Assembly (NCBI GenBank): GCA_016699955.1
Contig: CP064993.1
Span: 480,001 to 512,000 of the forward strand
Length of the DNA stretch: 32,000 nucleotides
Direction of reading: 5' to 3'
Origin: Candidatus Saccharimonadota bacterium
GTDB taxonomy: Bacteria > Patescibacteriota > Saccharimonadia > Saccharimonadales > UBA4665
The position numbers were made by a program, and so were the translations under genes. Positions 8,358 through 17,306 of this stretch are shown here, piece after piece. Below the pieces are notes generated by a model. It saw nothing but the letters and a program-made list of their open reading frames with translations. It was not told the DNA's origin and did not search any database. Position 1 is the first letter of the stretch; each line of letters starts with the position of its first letter.

Positions 8358-10169
8358 ATGGAAGACCAACAAAAACAACTTGTAGCCAAACTCAAAGACG
8401 CTCAGAACGTCTTAGTTACTGTGAGCAAAAACCCTTCTGTTGACCAGTTATCAGCAGCTATCGGCCTGACGCTTGCCCTCAACAAGCTCGATAAACACGC
8501 AACAGCAGTGTATAGCGGGCAGACGCCGAGCACTATTGAGTTCCTAAAGCCTGAAGACACGCTCGAGGGTAACACCGACAGTTTGCGTGATTTTATCATT
8601 GCGCTCGACAAATCAAAGGCAGATAAGCTGCGCTATAAAGTTGAAGATCAGGTTGTCCGTATTTTTATAACTCCCTACAGAACCTCAATATCTGAGCAGG
8701 ATCTTGACTTTAGTCAAGGCGACTTTAACGTAGATGTGGTGGTAGCTTTGGGTGTGCATCAGCAGGTTGATTTTGACGATGCAATTCAAGCACATGGACG
8801 CATATTGCACGACGCGACTATCTCGACTGTCTCAATAGGAGAAAAGTCTGAATTAGGCACGCTGAATGTTGTAAATGCGAGCGCAAGCAGTTTATGTGAG
8901 GTGACAACAAAGTTGGTCGTTGAGCTGGGCAAAGACATGCTGGATAGTCAAATTGCCACCGCCTTACTGACGGGCATTGTGGCTATGACCGAGCGGTTTA
9001 GTAACGACCGTACAACGCCTGAGACAATGCGTTTAAGCGCTACTCTTATGGCGGCAGGTGCAAACCAACAGCTGATTGCCAACGAACTTTCATCTCCTCT
9101 GAAAGATCAAGAACAGACGGATGAGAGCTCGGTTAACGCACCGGTTGCCACTTCGCAAAAAGAACCCGGCACTCTTGAAATAAGCCATGATGGCACGAGT
9201 GGTGCTGAGGATCTTACCGAGAGTACGCCGTCAGATGAACAAGCAGATTCCGAAGCAGTGGAAGAGGCAATGTTGCCGGAAGCCACCGAACAGCAGCCGC
9301 CACAAATCCAGGTGGATGAAAACGGTAAAATTATCTCGGAAGATGAATCCCTTGATGCAGAGCGACCTTTGCTTGGTCAAGCTCGAGCCGTTGGCGATAT
9401 ACAACCGCCATTAACTCACGACGAGCCTGTTACCCGAGGGCGGATGGTTGAGCCTCCATCGAGGAGCGGTGACCTAACCGCAAATACACAGGAAGAAGGC
9501 CTTGATGCCTCTGCTGAAGAACTGACATTGCCACCTTTTGATACGCCAATGTTGTCTCACACAGACCCCGGTCTAGAGTCGCCCAAGCCAGATTTTCTCG
9601 ATAATCCACAGCCGGTCACCGATACTCCGTCTGCTGGGCTAGACGATGCTACGGTAGACCAGGCCAATACTTCAGACTCGACTGGTGATAGTGCACCCGA
9701 CACAGTTATCGACACCGAAACTCAAACATTGACCGAGATAGAAAGCGCGGTTGGTAGTTCACGCGCGGAAGATGCGCCCGATGTTTCTGGCGAAACAACA
9801 GTGGATGACGCACGTAGCGCTGTCAAAGCAGCTTTTGCAGCTAACCCTGTAACACAACCTACAGACCCAATAACAGCTCTCAATGCACAACCGCTTGGGC
9901 CAGATCTGCATGCGCCAGAAGTGGTTCAGCCGACGCTTCAGCCCGCGCCAGGGTTTGGCGCATTGCCAACACCACTTGTGTCTGAACCTCTCCCTGGTGG
10001 CTCTCCGGCAGACCAAACGCTGGATATGCCTGTCCCTTCTGCTACTTCTGCTCAGTTGCCGCTGGTATCGAGCGTATTTCCGGGCTCGGTTCAGAATAGT
10101 GCCGGATCGGACGCATCGCTTGCGCCCCCGCCTCCAGTACCGCCTCCACCCATTTTCCCAACTGCGTAA
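8358..10169 (+). CDS. degenerate DHH-family-like N-terminal domain protein with long acidic/proline-rich disordered C-terminus
   Basis: The N-terminal 250 aa or so resemble the NrnA/DHH fold (VLVTVSKNPSVDQLSAAIGLTLAL ... VDVVVALGV ... LLTGIVAMTERF) but lack the DHH and GGGH catalytic motifs. The remaining 350 aa or so are D/E/P/T/S-rich and end in PPPPVPPPPIFP. Confidence 0.55.
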   Translation: MEDQQKQLVAKLKDAQNVLVTVSKNPSVDQLSAAIGLTLALNKLDKHATAVYSGQTPSTIEFLKPEDTLEGNTDSLRDFIIALDKSKADKLRYKVEDQVVRIFITPYRTSISEQDLDFSQGDFNVDVVVALGVHQQVDFDDAIQAHGRILHDATISTVSIGEKSELGTLNVVNASASSLCEVTTKLVVELGKDMLDSQIATALLTGIVAMTERFSNDRTTPETMRLSATLMAAGANQQLIANELSSPLKDQEQTDESSVNAPVATSQKEPGTLEISHDGTSGAEDLTESTPSDEQADSEAVEEAMLPEATEQQPPQIQVDENGKIISEDESLDAERPLLGQARAVGDIQPPLTHDEPVTRGRMVEPPSRSGDLTANTQEEGLDASAEELTLPPFDTPMLSHTDPGLESPKPDFLDNPQPVTDTPSAGLDDATVDQANTSDSTGDSAPDTVIDTETQTLTEIESAVGSSRAEDAPDVSGETTVDDARSAVKAAFAANPVTQPTDPITALNAQPLGPDLHAPEVVQPTLQPAPGFGALPTPLVSEPLPGGSPADQTLDMPVPSATSAQLPLVSSVFPGSVQNSAGSDASLAPPPPVPPPPIFPTA

Positions 10170-10175
10170 CATGCT

Positions 10176-10877
10176 ATGCTACTGCTGATGCAGGGCGTAT
10201 TACTAATTGATAAGCCGAAAGGCTGGACATCGTTTGACGTTGTCAACTATGTGCGTAAACAAGTAGCAGCGCTGGAAGGAAAAAAACCGAAAAACTGTAA
10301 GGTAGGCCATGCGGGTACGCTCGACCCACTGGCAACAGGTCTACTAGTGCTTATGATTGGCAAAGAATATACACGGCGGTCGGCAGAACTCAGTAAACAT
10401 GACAAAACATATGTTGTTACCATGAAGCTCGGTGAAACGTCAACGACGGGTGACGACGAGGGGGAGAAGAACCCTGTTAGTACCCGCATCCCAAGTAAAA
10501 GTGAGGTGGAAAAAGCTTTGCAATCGTTTGAGGGCGAGAGCATGCAAATACCTCCAGCGTATTCGGCAATAAAGATTCACGGCCAACGAGCCTACAAGCT
10601 CGCTCGTACAGGCAAGCCAGTTGAGTTGGAGCCGAGGCGTGTTACTATTTACAAAACTCAGTTAACAGAATATTCATACCCATTTGTTCACTTTATGTGC
10701 GATGTTAGCAGCGGCACATATGTTCGGTCGCTGGTTGAGGATATTGGCGCTCAGTTAGGAACCGGAGCGTATATGTCTGATCTACAGCGTACCCGTGTCG
10801 GAGAGTATAAACTCGATATGGCGACAGGTGTAGATGATGATAACTTCGTTTCGCATGTGTTTGAAATAGTAACATAA
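10176..10877 (+). CDS. truB: tRNA pseudouridine(55) synthase TruB
   Basis: GVLLIDKPKGWTSFDVV and KVGHAGTLDPLATGLLVLMIG (catalytic Asp motif) are present, together with PPAYSAIKIHGQRAYKLAR. Confidence 0.9.
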   Translation: MLLLMQGVLLIDKPKGWTSFDVVNYVRKQVAALEGKKPKNCKVGHAGTLDPLATGLLVLMIGKEYTRRSAELSKHDKTYVVTMKLGETSTTGDDEGEKNPVSTRIPSKSEVEKALQSFEGESMQIPPAYSAIKIHGQRAYKLARTGKPVELEPRRVTIYKTQLTEYSYPFVHFMCDVSSGTYVRSLVEDIGAQLGTGAYMSDLQRTRVGEYKLDMATGVDDDNFVSHVFEIVT

Positions 10878-10880
10878 GCG

Positions 10881-10910
10881 TTGACATGGAGGGCAGTAGC
10901 GTTTTATGAT
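10881..10910 (+). promoter_or_regulatory. sigma70-like promoter candidate (TTGACA-18 nt-TATGAT) at the start of the accessory cluster
   Basis: TTGACA lies at 10881-10886 and TATGAT at 10905-10910. An AAGGGG Shine-Dalgarno lies about 7 nt before ATG 10974. Confidence 0.4.
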
Positions 10911-10973
10911 ACAACTAACGTTTCATACGTGTAGCTACAGTCAGTATAGTAAAAGCAAAAAAGGGGCAAGCAT

Positions 10974-12497
10974 ATGGCATCACGATTACCAACACCAGGA
11001 GGGGATGACGGTACCTGGGGGGCCATCCTAAACGATTATTTAGCACAGGCACATAAAACCGATGGTTCCCTGAAGGATAACGTCGTCACCGCTGCCGCTT
11101 TGGCTTCAGGTGCAGTAACTGCAGTGGGAATCGCCGATGCGACTATTTCTGAAGCAAAACTTGACTCAGCACTTCAGGTTAAGGTGAACGGTCTTGGCGG
11201 AGGCGGTTCGTTGACGCTTGCCGGTGATGTAACAGGTGCAAGTACAGCAACAGTTGTCGGTAAGGTGAACGGAGTAACTGTCTCGGGTGTACCAACAAAC
11301 GGTCAAGTTCTGACGGCATCTGGTGGTACTGCCGCAAGTTGGCAGACGCCTGCAGCTGGCGGTGGCGTGACTAGTGTAGCTGGTAAGACCGGAGTCGTTA
11401 CGTTGGCTGCTGGTGATGTTGCATCGGGAACCTTTACAGCGGCTCGACTTGGTTCGGGTACAGCAAATAACACGACGTATCTCCGTGGTGATGGCACATG
11501 GGCTGCAGTCTCGGGTGGCGGTGCGGTAACGACTGTTGCCGGACGTACCGGCGATGTTGTTCTCACGAAAACCGATGTTGGCCTTGCAAATGTTGACAAC
11601 ACAAGTGACGCGAGCAAACCTGTTTCAAGTGCAACTCAAACTGCTCTTAATGGCAAATCTGACACAAGCCACACGCACACGCTTGACGCTTTAAGCGACG
11701 TGAGTGCATCTGGAGCTAATGACGGACAGTCGCTCGTCTATAACGGTGGCACTTGGGGTCCCGGCACTGTCGGGACGGGTGGATCTGTCATCGATGCAAC
11801 CACCACTAACAAAGGTGTAGTACAACTCGCCGGAGATCTCGGTGGAACGGCCGCATTGCCAACAGTTCCAGGTCTAGCCGGAAAAGCAGACACGGCTCAT
11901 ACTCACGCTGCAGCTGATATTGCTTCTGGTACAGTAGCGACCGCTAGGCTCGGGTCAGGTACGGCCGATAACACTACTTTCCTACGGGGTGATGGTACAT
12001 GGGTAGCACCAGCGGGCGGCACTGTCGCTGACGCTTCGCCATCGACAAAGGGTATCGTCCAACTTGCCGGAGATTTGGCTGGTTCGGCCACGTCACCTAG
12101 CGTCGCGAAAGTGAATGGTGTAGCAGTGAGTGGAACGCCATCTGCCGGACAAGTCCTGAAAGCCACTAGTGCCTCTGCTGCCTCATGGCAAGCTGACGCT
12201 ACGGGTGGCGGAGGTAGCTCTTGGAATTTTGTATCGGTCAGCGCGAACTCGACCGCCTCAAACGGTGATTATGTACTGGTTGATACCTCGACCGTCGGAG
12301 TGACTATTACCTTGCCTGTCGCTGTAAGCGGTGGAGTTGTGCGGGTAAAACGCATGACAGCCGGTTCTAATAGTGTTCAGATGGTTCCTCAAGCACCAGC
12401 TCTAATTGATGGTTCGGGTGTCGGCTCAGACGTACTGGGTAACCAATGGGATTCAATGGAATATGTCAGTGATGGTACTAACTGGTACAGAGGATAA
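10974..12497 (+). CDS. phage tail-fibre / receptor-binding-protein-like repeat protein (type-1 C-terminal knob)
   Basis: The N-terminus is MASRLPTPGGDDGTWGAILNDYL. Internal motifs are VGLANVDNTSDASKPVSSATQTAL, G(V/I)VQLAGDLGGTA, LRGDGTW (x2), HTH and KVNGV.VSG.P..GQVL (x2). All are typical of actinophage minor-tail/fibre proteins. The Gly/Thr/Ala-rich protein has no signal peptide. Its C-terminus ...VRVKRMTAGSNSVQMV...YVSDGTNWYRG is shared with the 13127-14649 gene. Confidence 0.8.
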   Translation: MASRLPTPGGDDGTWGAILNDYLAQAHKTDGSLKDNVVTAAALASGAVTAVGIADATISEAKLDSALQVKVNGLGGGGSLTLAGDVTGASTATVVGKVNGVTVSGVPTNGQVLTASGGTAASWQTPAAGGGVTSVAGKTGVVTLAAGDVASGTFTAARLGSGTANNTTYLRGDGTWAAVSGGGAVTTVAGRTGDVVLTKTDVGLANVDNTSDASKPVSSATQTALNGKSDTSHTHTLDALSDVSASGANDGQSLVYNGGTWGPGTVGTGGSVIDATTTNKGVVQLAGDLGGTAALPTVPGLAGKADTAHTHAAADIASGTVATARLGSGTADNTTFLRGDGTWVAPAGGTVADASPSTKGIVQLAGDLAGSATSPSVAKVNGVAVSGTPSAGQVLKATSASAASWQADATGGGGSSWNFVSVSANSTASNGDYVLVDTSTVGVTITLPVAVSGGVVRVKRMTAGSNSVQMVPQAPALIDGSGVGSDVLGNQWDSMEYVSDGTNWYRG

Positions 12498-12512
12498 GGG
12501 AAGGATAAAAAT

Positions 12513-12992
12513 ATGCCATTTACAGGAACAGGTACCGGAATACAAAACGCAAATGATGTCTTTTTCAGTGGCGTGGCACAGGATAACGTTTTAAAATTCA
12601 ACAATACAACTGCCAAGTGGAATAACACTCCTGTGGTCGGTTTCTCAGCACTCGCCTATAATGGCGGTCTGGAAACAGTATCTACCCAGACGAGTACTGC
12701 TTCCACGACACTTAACCTTAGTAACGGTAATGTCTTTAATGTCACACTAGCTGTTGCGACGACGACGTTTACATTTAGCGGTGCGACTGCTGGTAGAGCT
12801 TGCTCTTTTGCGGTCTACCTGAAACAGGATGCTAGTGGTAACCGCGCAGTCACATGGCCAGCTTCGGTAAAATGGTCAGGTGGTGCACCGACGTTAACTA
12901 CGAGTGCGAACGCAATCGATATTGTCGTGTTTGAAAGTATCGACGGGGGAACGACGTGGTTCGGCTCTCTTGTAGGTACCAACTTTGCCTAA
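12513..12992 (+). CDS. short fibre-module protein (MPFTGTGTG N-terminal tag + phage-like C-terminal domain)
   Basis: The protein starts MPFTGTGTGIQNANDVFF. The C-terminal part ...FAVYLKQDASGNRAVTWPASVKWSGGAPTLTTSANAIDIVVFESIDGGTTWFG resembles a domain common at the ends of phage tail/fibre proteins. An AAGGGAAGGA Shine-Dalgarno lies upstream. Confidence 0.75.
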   Translation: MPFTGTGTGIQNANDVFFSGVAQDNVLKFNNTTAKWNNTPVVGFSALAYNGGLETVSTQTSTASTTLNLSNGNVFNVTLAVATTTFTFSGATAGRACSFAVYLKQDASGNRAVTWPASVKWSGGAPTLTTSANAIDIVVFESIDGGTTWFGSLVGTNFA

Positions 12993-13023
12993 GAGTAGGG
13001 ATTTGGGATGTTCAAGCTCTATT

Positions 13024-13052
13024 ACTACTACACCATTTGACGGTGTAGTAGT
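13024..13052 (+). terminator. stem-loop (11-bp perfect stem, 7-nt loop) downstream of 12992; no U-tract
   Basis: ACTACTACACC (13024-13034) pairs with GGTGTAGTAGT (13042-13052). No T-run follows, so terminator function is uncertain. Confidence 0.3.
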
Positions 13053-13126
13053 GCGTATACGGGACATATGTTATCCGGGCGATCGTACTTATTCACAATT
13101 AGTAACCTAACAACTGGAGCATATTT

Positions 13127-13679
13127 ATGCCATTCACAGGAACCGGCACCGGCATCCAAAACGCAAACGACGTATTCTTCAGCGTCCTTGCTCAAGACCA
13201 TATCCTTCGTTATGACAACGCTACTGCCAAATGGATTAATATTCCTCTCTCAGTAGCGACAACAGCCCTAACCGATAACTCAGTTACCGAACCAAAGCTA
13301 TCTATTAGCAACGCACCTACTACCAACTACGTCCTTAGCTGGAATGGTTCAGCCATGACCTGTGTTGCTCAAGCCACTGGAGCCGATGCAACCACTACCA
13401 CAAAGGTATTGTCCAACTAGCCGGTGATCTCGCTGGTACTGCTGCTGCACCAACTGTACCAGGACTGGCTGGTAAAGCAGCGACGGTGCATACGCATGCT
13501 CAAGCTGACGTCACAGGACTAGTCGCTTCACTTGCCGCCAAAGAGGCGACAATCACAGCTGGGACTACTTCTCAATATTATCGTGGTGATAAATCATGGC
13601 AAACCCTAGATAAGTCAGCTGTTGGCCTTGCTAACGTCGATAATACTTCAGATGCTAGTAAACCGGTTTCGACTGCGAC
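13127..13679 (+). repeat. copy A of a 553/554-bp near-identical dispersed repeat (5' part of fibre gene)
   Basis: Base-by-base comparison with 21019-21572 shows 2 substitutions (13363 T vs G; 13384 C vs A) and one 1-nt indel (A3 vs A4). Confidence 0.9.
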
Positions 13680-14649
13680 AACTACAGCGCTTTCAGGCAA
13701 GGTGGATAAATCGACAGCGACATCCAAGGGCGACTTGTTGGTGGCAACAGCAGCCTCGACACTTACGCGTCAAGGGGTAGGCCTAAACGGACAGATACTC
13801 ACGGCCGATAGTACCCTCGCTAACGGAATAAAGTGGGCAGATCCAATCGTAAGTTCGGTTGCGGGTAAAACAGGAGTTGTCACGCTCGTCAAAGGCGACG
13901 TCGGCCTTGCAAACGTCGATAACACGTCAGATGCTAGCAAGCCGGTTTCGACCGCCACACAGACTGCTCTTGATTTGAAAGTCGACGAGACCATAAGCGT
14001 GACTGGTGCTACTTCTCTGACCGGTGGCGGCGTCCTTACAGCCAATCGAACTCTTACCCTTGTCAATGACGCGGCCACACCTGGCAACAACAGATACTAC
14101 GGTACGGACGGCACAGGCACAAAAGGGTTTTATACTATTCCGGCAGGTGACCCAAGTATGGGCGGCGACTTAACTGGCACTGCTAGCACTGCGCAGATAG
14201 CTGCCAATGCCGTCACGGCGACAGAAATAGCTAGTAATGCGGTCACGACAATAAAAATTCTTGATAGTAACGTCACTGAACCGAAGTTGGATGTAGCTAA
14301 TAGTCCTTCAACCGGCCAGGTACTGAGCTGGGATGGTACAAACATGGCTTGGGCTGGTGCACTGGCATTTGCATTTACAAAAGTCAGTGTCTCGACGAAC
14401 TATACAGTTACAGCTTCGTTTCAGTATGTGTTAGCAGATGCTACAGCAACTGGGATTACTATTACGCTTCCTGCTCCACAAAATAACGCATATGTACGCG
14501 TGAAACGAATGTCGACTAATGCAAATAGCGTACAGGTTGTGGCTCCGGCTGGTTCTTTTCTTGATGCACCTGCAGTAGGCTCGGACGTACTGAATAACGC
14601 TTATGACAGCGCTGAATACTGGAGCGACGGAACAAACTGGTATAGGTAG
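13127..14649 (+). pseudogene. tail-fibre-like gene split by a 1-nt deletion (ORFs 13127-13420 and 13486-14649)
   Basis: The first 553 nt are near-identical to 21019-21572. The intact paralog has CCACAAAAGG where this copy has CCACAAAGG (A3 at 13402-13404), which shifts the frame. Downstream the second frame continues the same protein (GIVQLAGDLAGTAAAPTVPGLAGKAATVHTHAQADV...). It ends with a type-1 knob (...VRVKRMSTNANSVQVV...YWSDGTNWYR). Confidence 0.8.
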
Positions 14650-14824
14650 AAACTAAGTTATTGTTCGTTGCCGCTGTAGCTGCATGTATGAGTACTGTTT
14701 AGCTGGATGATTTTGTGGATGCAGACTCAACCGGTCGGCTAGTGCCGCAGCTAGTCAGGGAATACCCTCGACTTGTATGGTTGGTAGGTTGGTGGGATGA
14801 ATATGGGTATGTATTATTAATACC

Positions 14825-15654
14825 ATGAGCATAACAACAAGACGGCTACAAAGAACCCAACAGACAACCTCAGCAATCTGGCCAGATGCGACCAATACTG
14901 GTTACAGAGGAACGCTGACAAATTACAGCGGCGGCTCGTCAATTCTCGTTAGCACAACTCTGGTGAATAAGAGGATTTCAACAGCGCTTCAGGTCTTTTC
15001 GGGAGCGACACTCACACTAAACAACTGCTGGGTGGATGGTGGCTTTATTGATGGTGATTATGCCGATCAACCGATCACCCTTACTGACTGCCAGATTGAT
15101 GCTGGAGAGTGGCAGGGGGCGGCGGTGACGGGGTACAACATTCACATTACACGCTGTAACATCACTGGTGCTCAGCATAGCGTTTTGGCCTCAGATAATG
15201 TCACGGTAGAAGACAGTTGGCTACATGATCAGTACGGTGGCCCAGTCGGCAGCTCTTATCACAATAACGCTTTTATTTCGAACGGTGGCAGCAATATCAT
15301 GGTGAGGCATAATCGGTTGGATTGTTCGGTACCGCTGAATGGTTCGGGTGGTGGACCAACCGCCGATGCTTCAATCTTGGTGATTTTGCTACGATGACCG
15401 ATGTCACTTTCGATAACAATCTTTTTATGCCAACAACTGGCGGCTACGGTGGTACATTTGGCTATAATCCGGCTAAGCCATACGGGAGCAACCCGAGCTA
15501 TATTGTAGTTACAAACAATGTCTTCCAGCGCGGCCCGACCGGCATATGTGGTGTCTACGGCACAGTCACGTCTTTTTTGAGTAGTGGAACGGGTAATGTT
15601 TGGTCTAACAATACCTACGAAAACGATGGCACGATCATACCACCTGCCGAGTAA
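14825..15654 (+). pseudogene. right-handed beta-helix (pectate-lyase-fold) protein, frame-disrupted (ORFs 14825-15397 and 15322-15654)
   Basis: It is a paralog of the intact 19010-19921 gene and of 16202-17286 (WPDATNTGY; SWLHDQ...YHNN; NNLFMPTTGGYGG; NNVFQRG). The two ORFs overlap at 15322-15397 and the downstream frame is offset by -1. The junction is likely near CTTGGTGAT (about 15377-15385). Confidence 0.7.
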
Positions 15655-15750
15655 ATTTTCTCTGACTACCTCCTCAAATAGCAATATTCTTTTGCCGCTG
15701 AATATATTCACCACATTTACCGCTGGTAGGATTATGCTAAACTGGAAACC

Positions 15751-16191
15751 ATGAGCAGGTTTGCACAGAGGCTTAGGAGTGCAGTTGGAAAAGGCGGTGT
15801 GCTATATTTATCGCCTATGTCCGGCAGTTATAGCGGCGGTTCGACGGTAAACGTGGCTATCCGTATGACAAGTGGCAGCACGCTTGTTAATACTGTACAG
15901 GCAAATCTTACTTACCCTACCGCTCAGCTGCAATTTGGCAGTATCAGTACTGTCGGTAGTCCGTTTACGACCACAATTCAGAGCAACGGCGGAAGTGGTT
16001 CTGTCCAGCTTGGCGTCGGCATATTGGCTGGTTCGACTTTTGGTGATCAGCTCGTAGGGGTTATTACGTTTACTGCGACTGCTGCTGGTGCTGCGACAGT
16101 GACTTTTAACGCTGGTTCTGGTATTGCCAGAACTGCCGATGCAGTCGATATCTGTACTCAAAAGCGCGGAGCAGCGTATACAATAACCTAA
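15751..16191 (+). CDS. cohesin-like domain protein (MS-R-F-x-Q-R-L N-terminal tag, no signal peptide)
   Basis: LSPMSGSYSGGSTVNVAIRMTSGSTLVNTVQANLTYPTAQLQFGSISTVGSPFTT...VGVITFTATAAGAATVTFNAGS follows the cohesin layout: a first strand with a selected set, then 'Y(D/P)...L.F' and 'i.F.a...G.a.l.f'. Confidence 0.55.
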   Translation: MSRFAQRLRSAVGKGGVLYLSPMSGSYSGGSTVNVAIRMTSGSTLVNTVQANLTYPTAQLQFGSISTVGSPFTTTIQSNGGSGSVQLGVGILAGSTFGDQLVGVITFTATAAGAATVTFNAGSGIARTADAVDICTQKRGAAYTIT

Positions 16192-16201
16192 GGACTAGAT
16201 C

Positions 16202-17286
16202 ATGCTCTATCATAAAATCCAAAAAGCCATCCGTATTCACAGCCTTAGCCCCGTTCTAGTAGTGGCTGGTTGCCTAGCCTTAACAGTTAGCGTGGTTGTC
16301 TGGGCGGCCAATGTCTATACCAGTCTAGAGACAGAAAGTGGTACTGTTGCAACCGCCATAGTTGTCGGTGATGCGTCGGCTTCAGGTGGTCAGGCGGTTA
16401 AGTTCGGGGCGGCTGGTAGCTGTACCTATGCTGGTCATGTACCCGATGGAACTGATGGCTTTGGCGGTTGTTGGCCGGGGCCGAACAATACGGGCGTACC
16501 GGATGGTACTACGCTAACCAACTATACCGGCCCCTGCACAATCACCACCAATAACACTGTAATTGACGCTAAAACGGTTAACTGCGATCTGCATGTTAGG
16601 GCACAAAATGTTACTATCACGAGATCTATGATCAATGGCTATATTGAAACCTCTAATGATAGTGGCACTTCTTATAATTACGCAGTGACAGATAGCACAA
16701 TTCACGTTGCTGATATTAATTATCGCGGTTTATTGTACTCAGACTACATTGCCACTAGAGTGGATGTTTCTGGCGGGCAAAGTATGGCTTGGTGTGACAC
16801 TTGTACAATTCAAGACTCATATCTCCATAACCCACTTGAGGATCCCGAGGAGCAGCTGCCAATCACGCCGCTCATAATTCTACAGTTCGTGTTTCAAAAT
16901 ATGCAAATCTCATACACAATACTTTGTGGTGTAATGTAGTTGAGTACCCTCAACCAGATGGGTTGGATGCCTCGGGATGTTCGGCAAATCAAACTGCCTA
17001 TAGTCATGACGGCGCACCTCCCTACAACAGCACCATAGAGAAGAACCTTTATATGCCGACGACAGGCGGGTACTGCGCTTATGGTGGTTCTACATCTGGA
17101 GACCTAGCTGCGGTACACGATATTGTCTTTAAGGATAATGTATTTAAACGGGGTACAGTGCAAGGCGAAAACAACCGTGGCTTTGTCTGTGGGTATTGGG
17201 GACCGATAACGAGTTTTGATAGTAACCGGCCAGGCAATCAATGGATTAATAATAGATGGGATGACGGCACTATCTTGCTGCCGTAG
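16202..17286 (+). pseudogene. membrane-anchored/secreted right-handed beta-helix protein, frame-disrupted (ORFs 16202-16939 and 16924-17286)
   Basis: An N-terminal hydrophobic anchor (LSPVLVVAGCLALTVSVVVWA) is present. CWPGPNNTGVPDGTTLTNYTG and SYLHNP match the paralogs. After DP (about 16841-16850) homology continues in the -1-offset frame (GAAANHAAHNSTVRVSKYANLIHNTLWCNVV...KNLYMPTTGGYCAYGG). A C-run at 16844-16846 is a plausible site of a 1-nt loss. Confidence 0.7.
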
Positions 17287-17306
17287 AATTGAAGAAAGAA
17301 GATCGT

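Noticed and set aside
11303-14345. Multiple 70-106-aa minus-strand ORFs inside the fibre genes (e.g. 11303-11617, 11903-12166, 13770-14090, 14130-14345)
   Set aside because: They are antisense shadows of Gly/Thr/Ala-rich coding sequence with low stop-codon frequency. The plus-strand ORFs carry the recognisable motifs.
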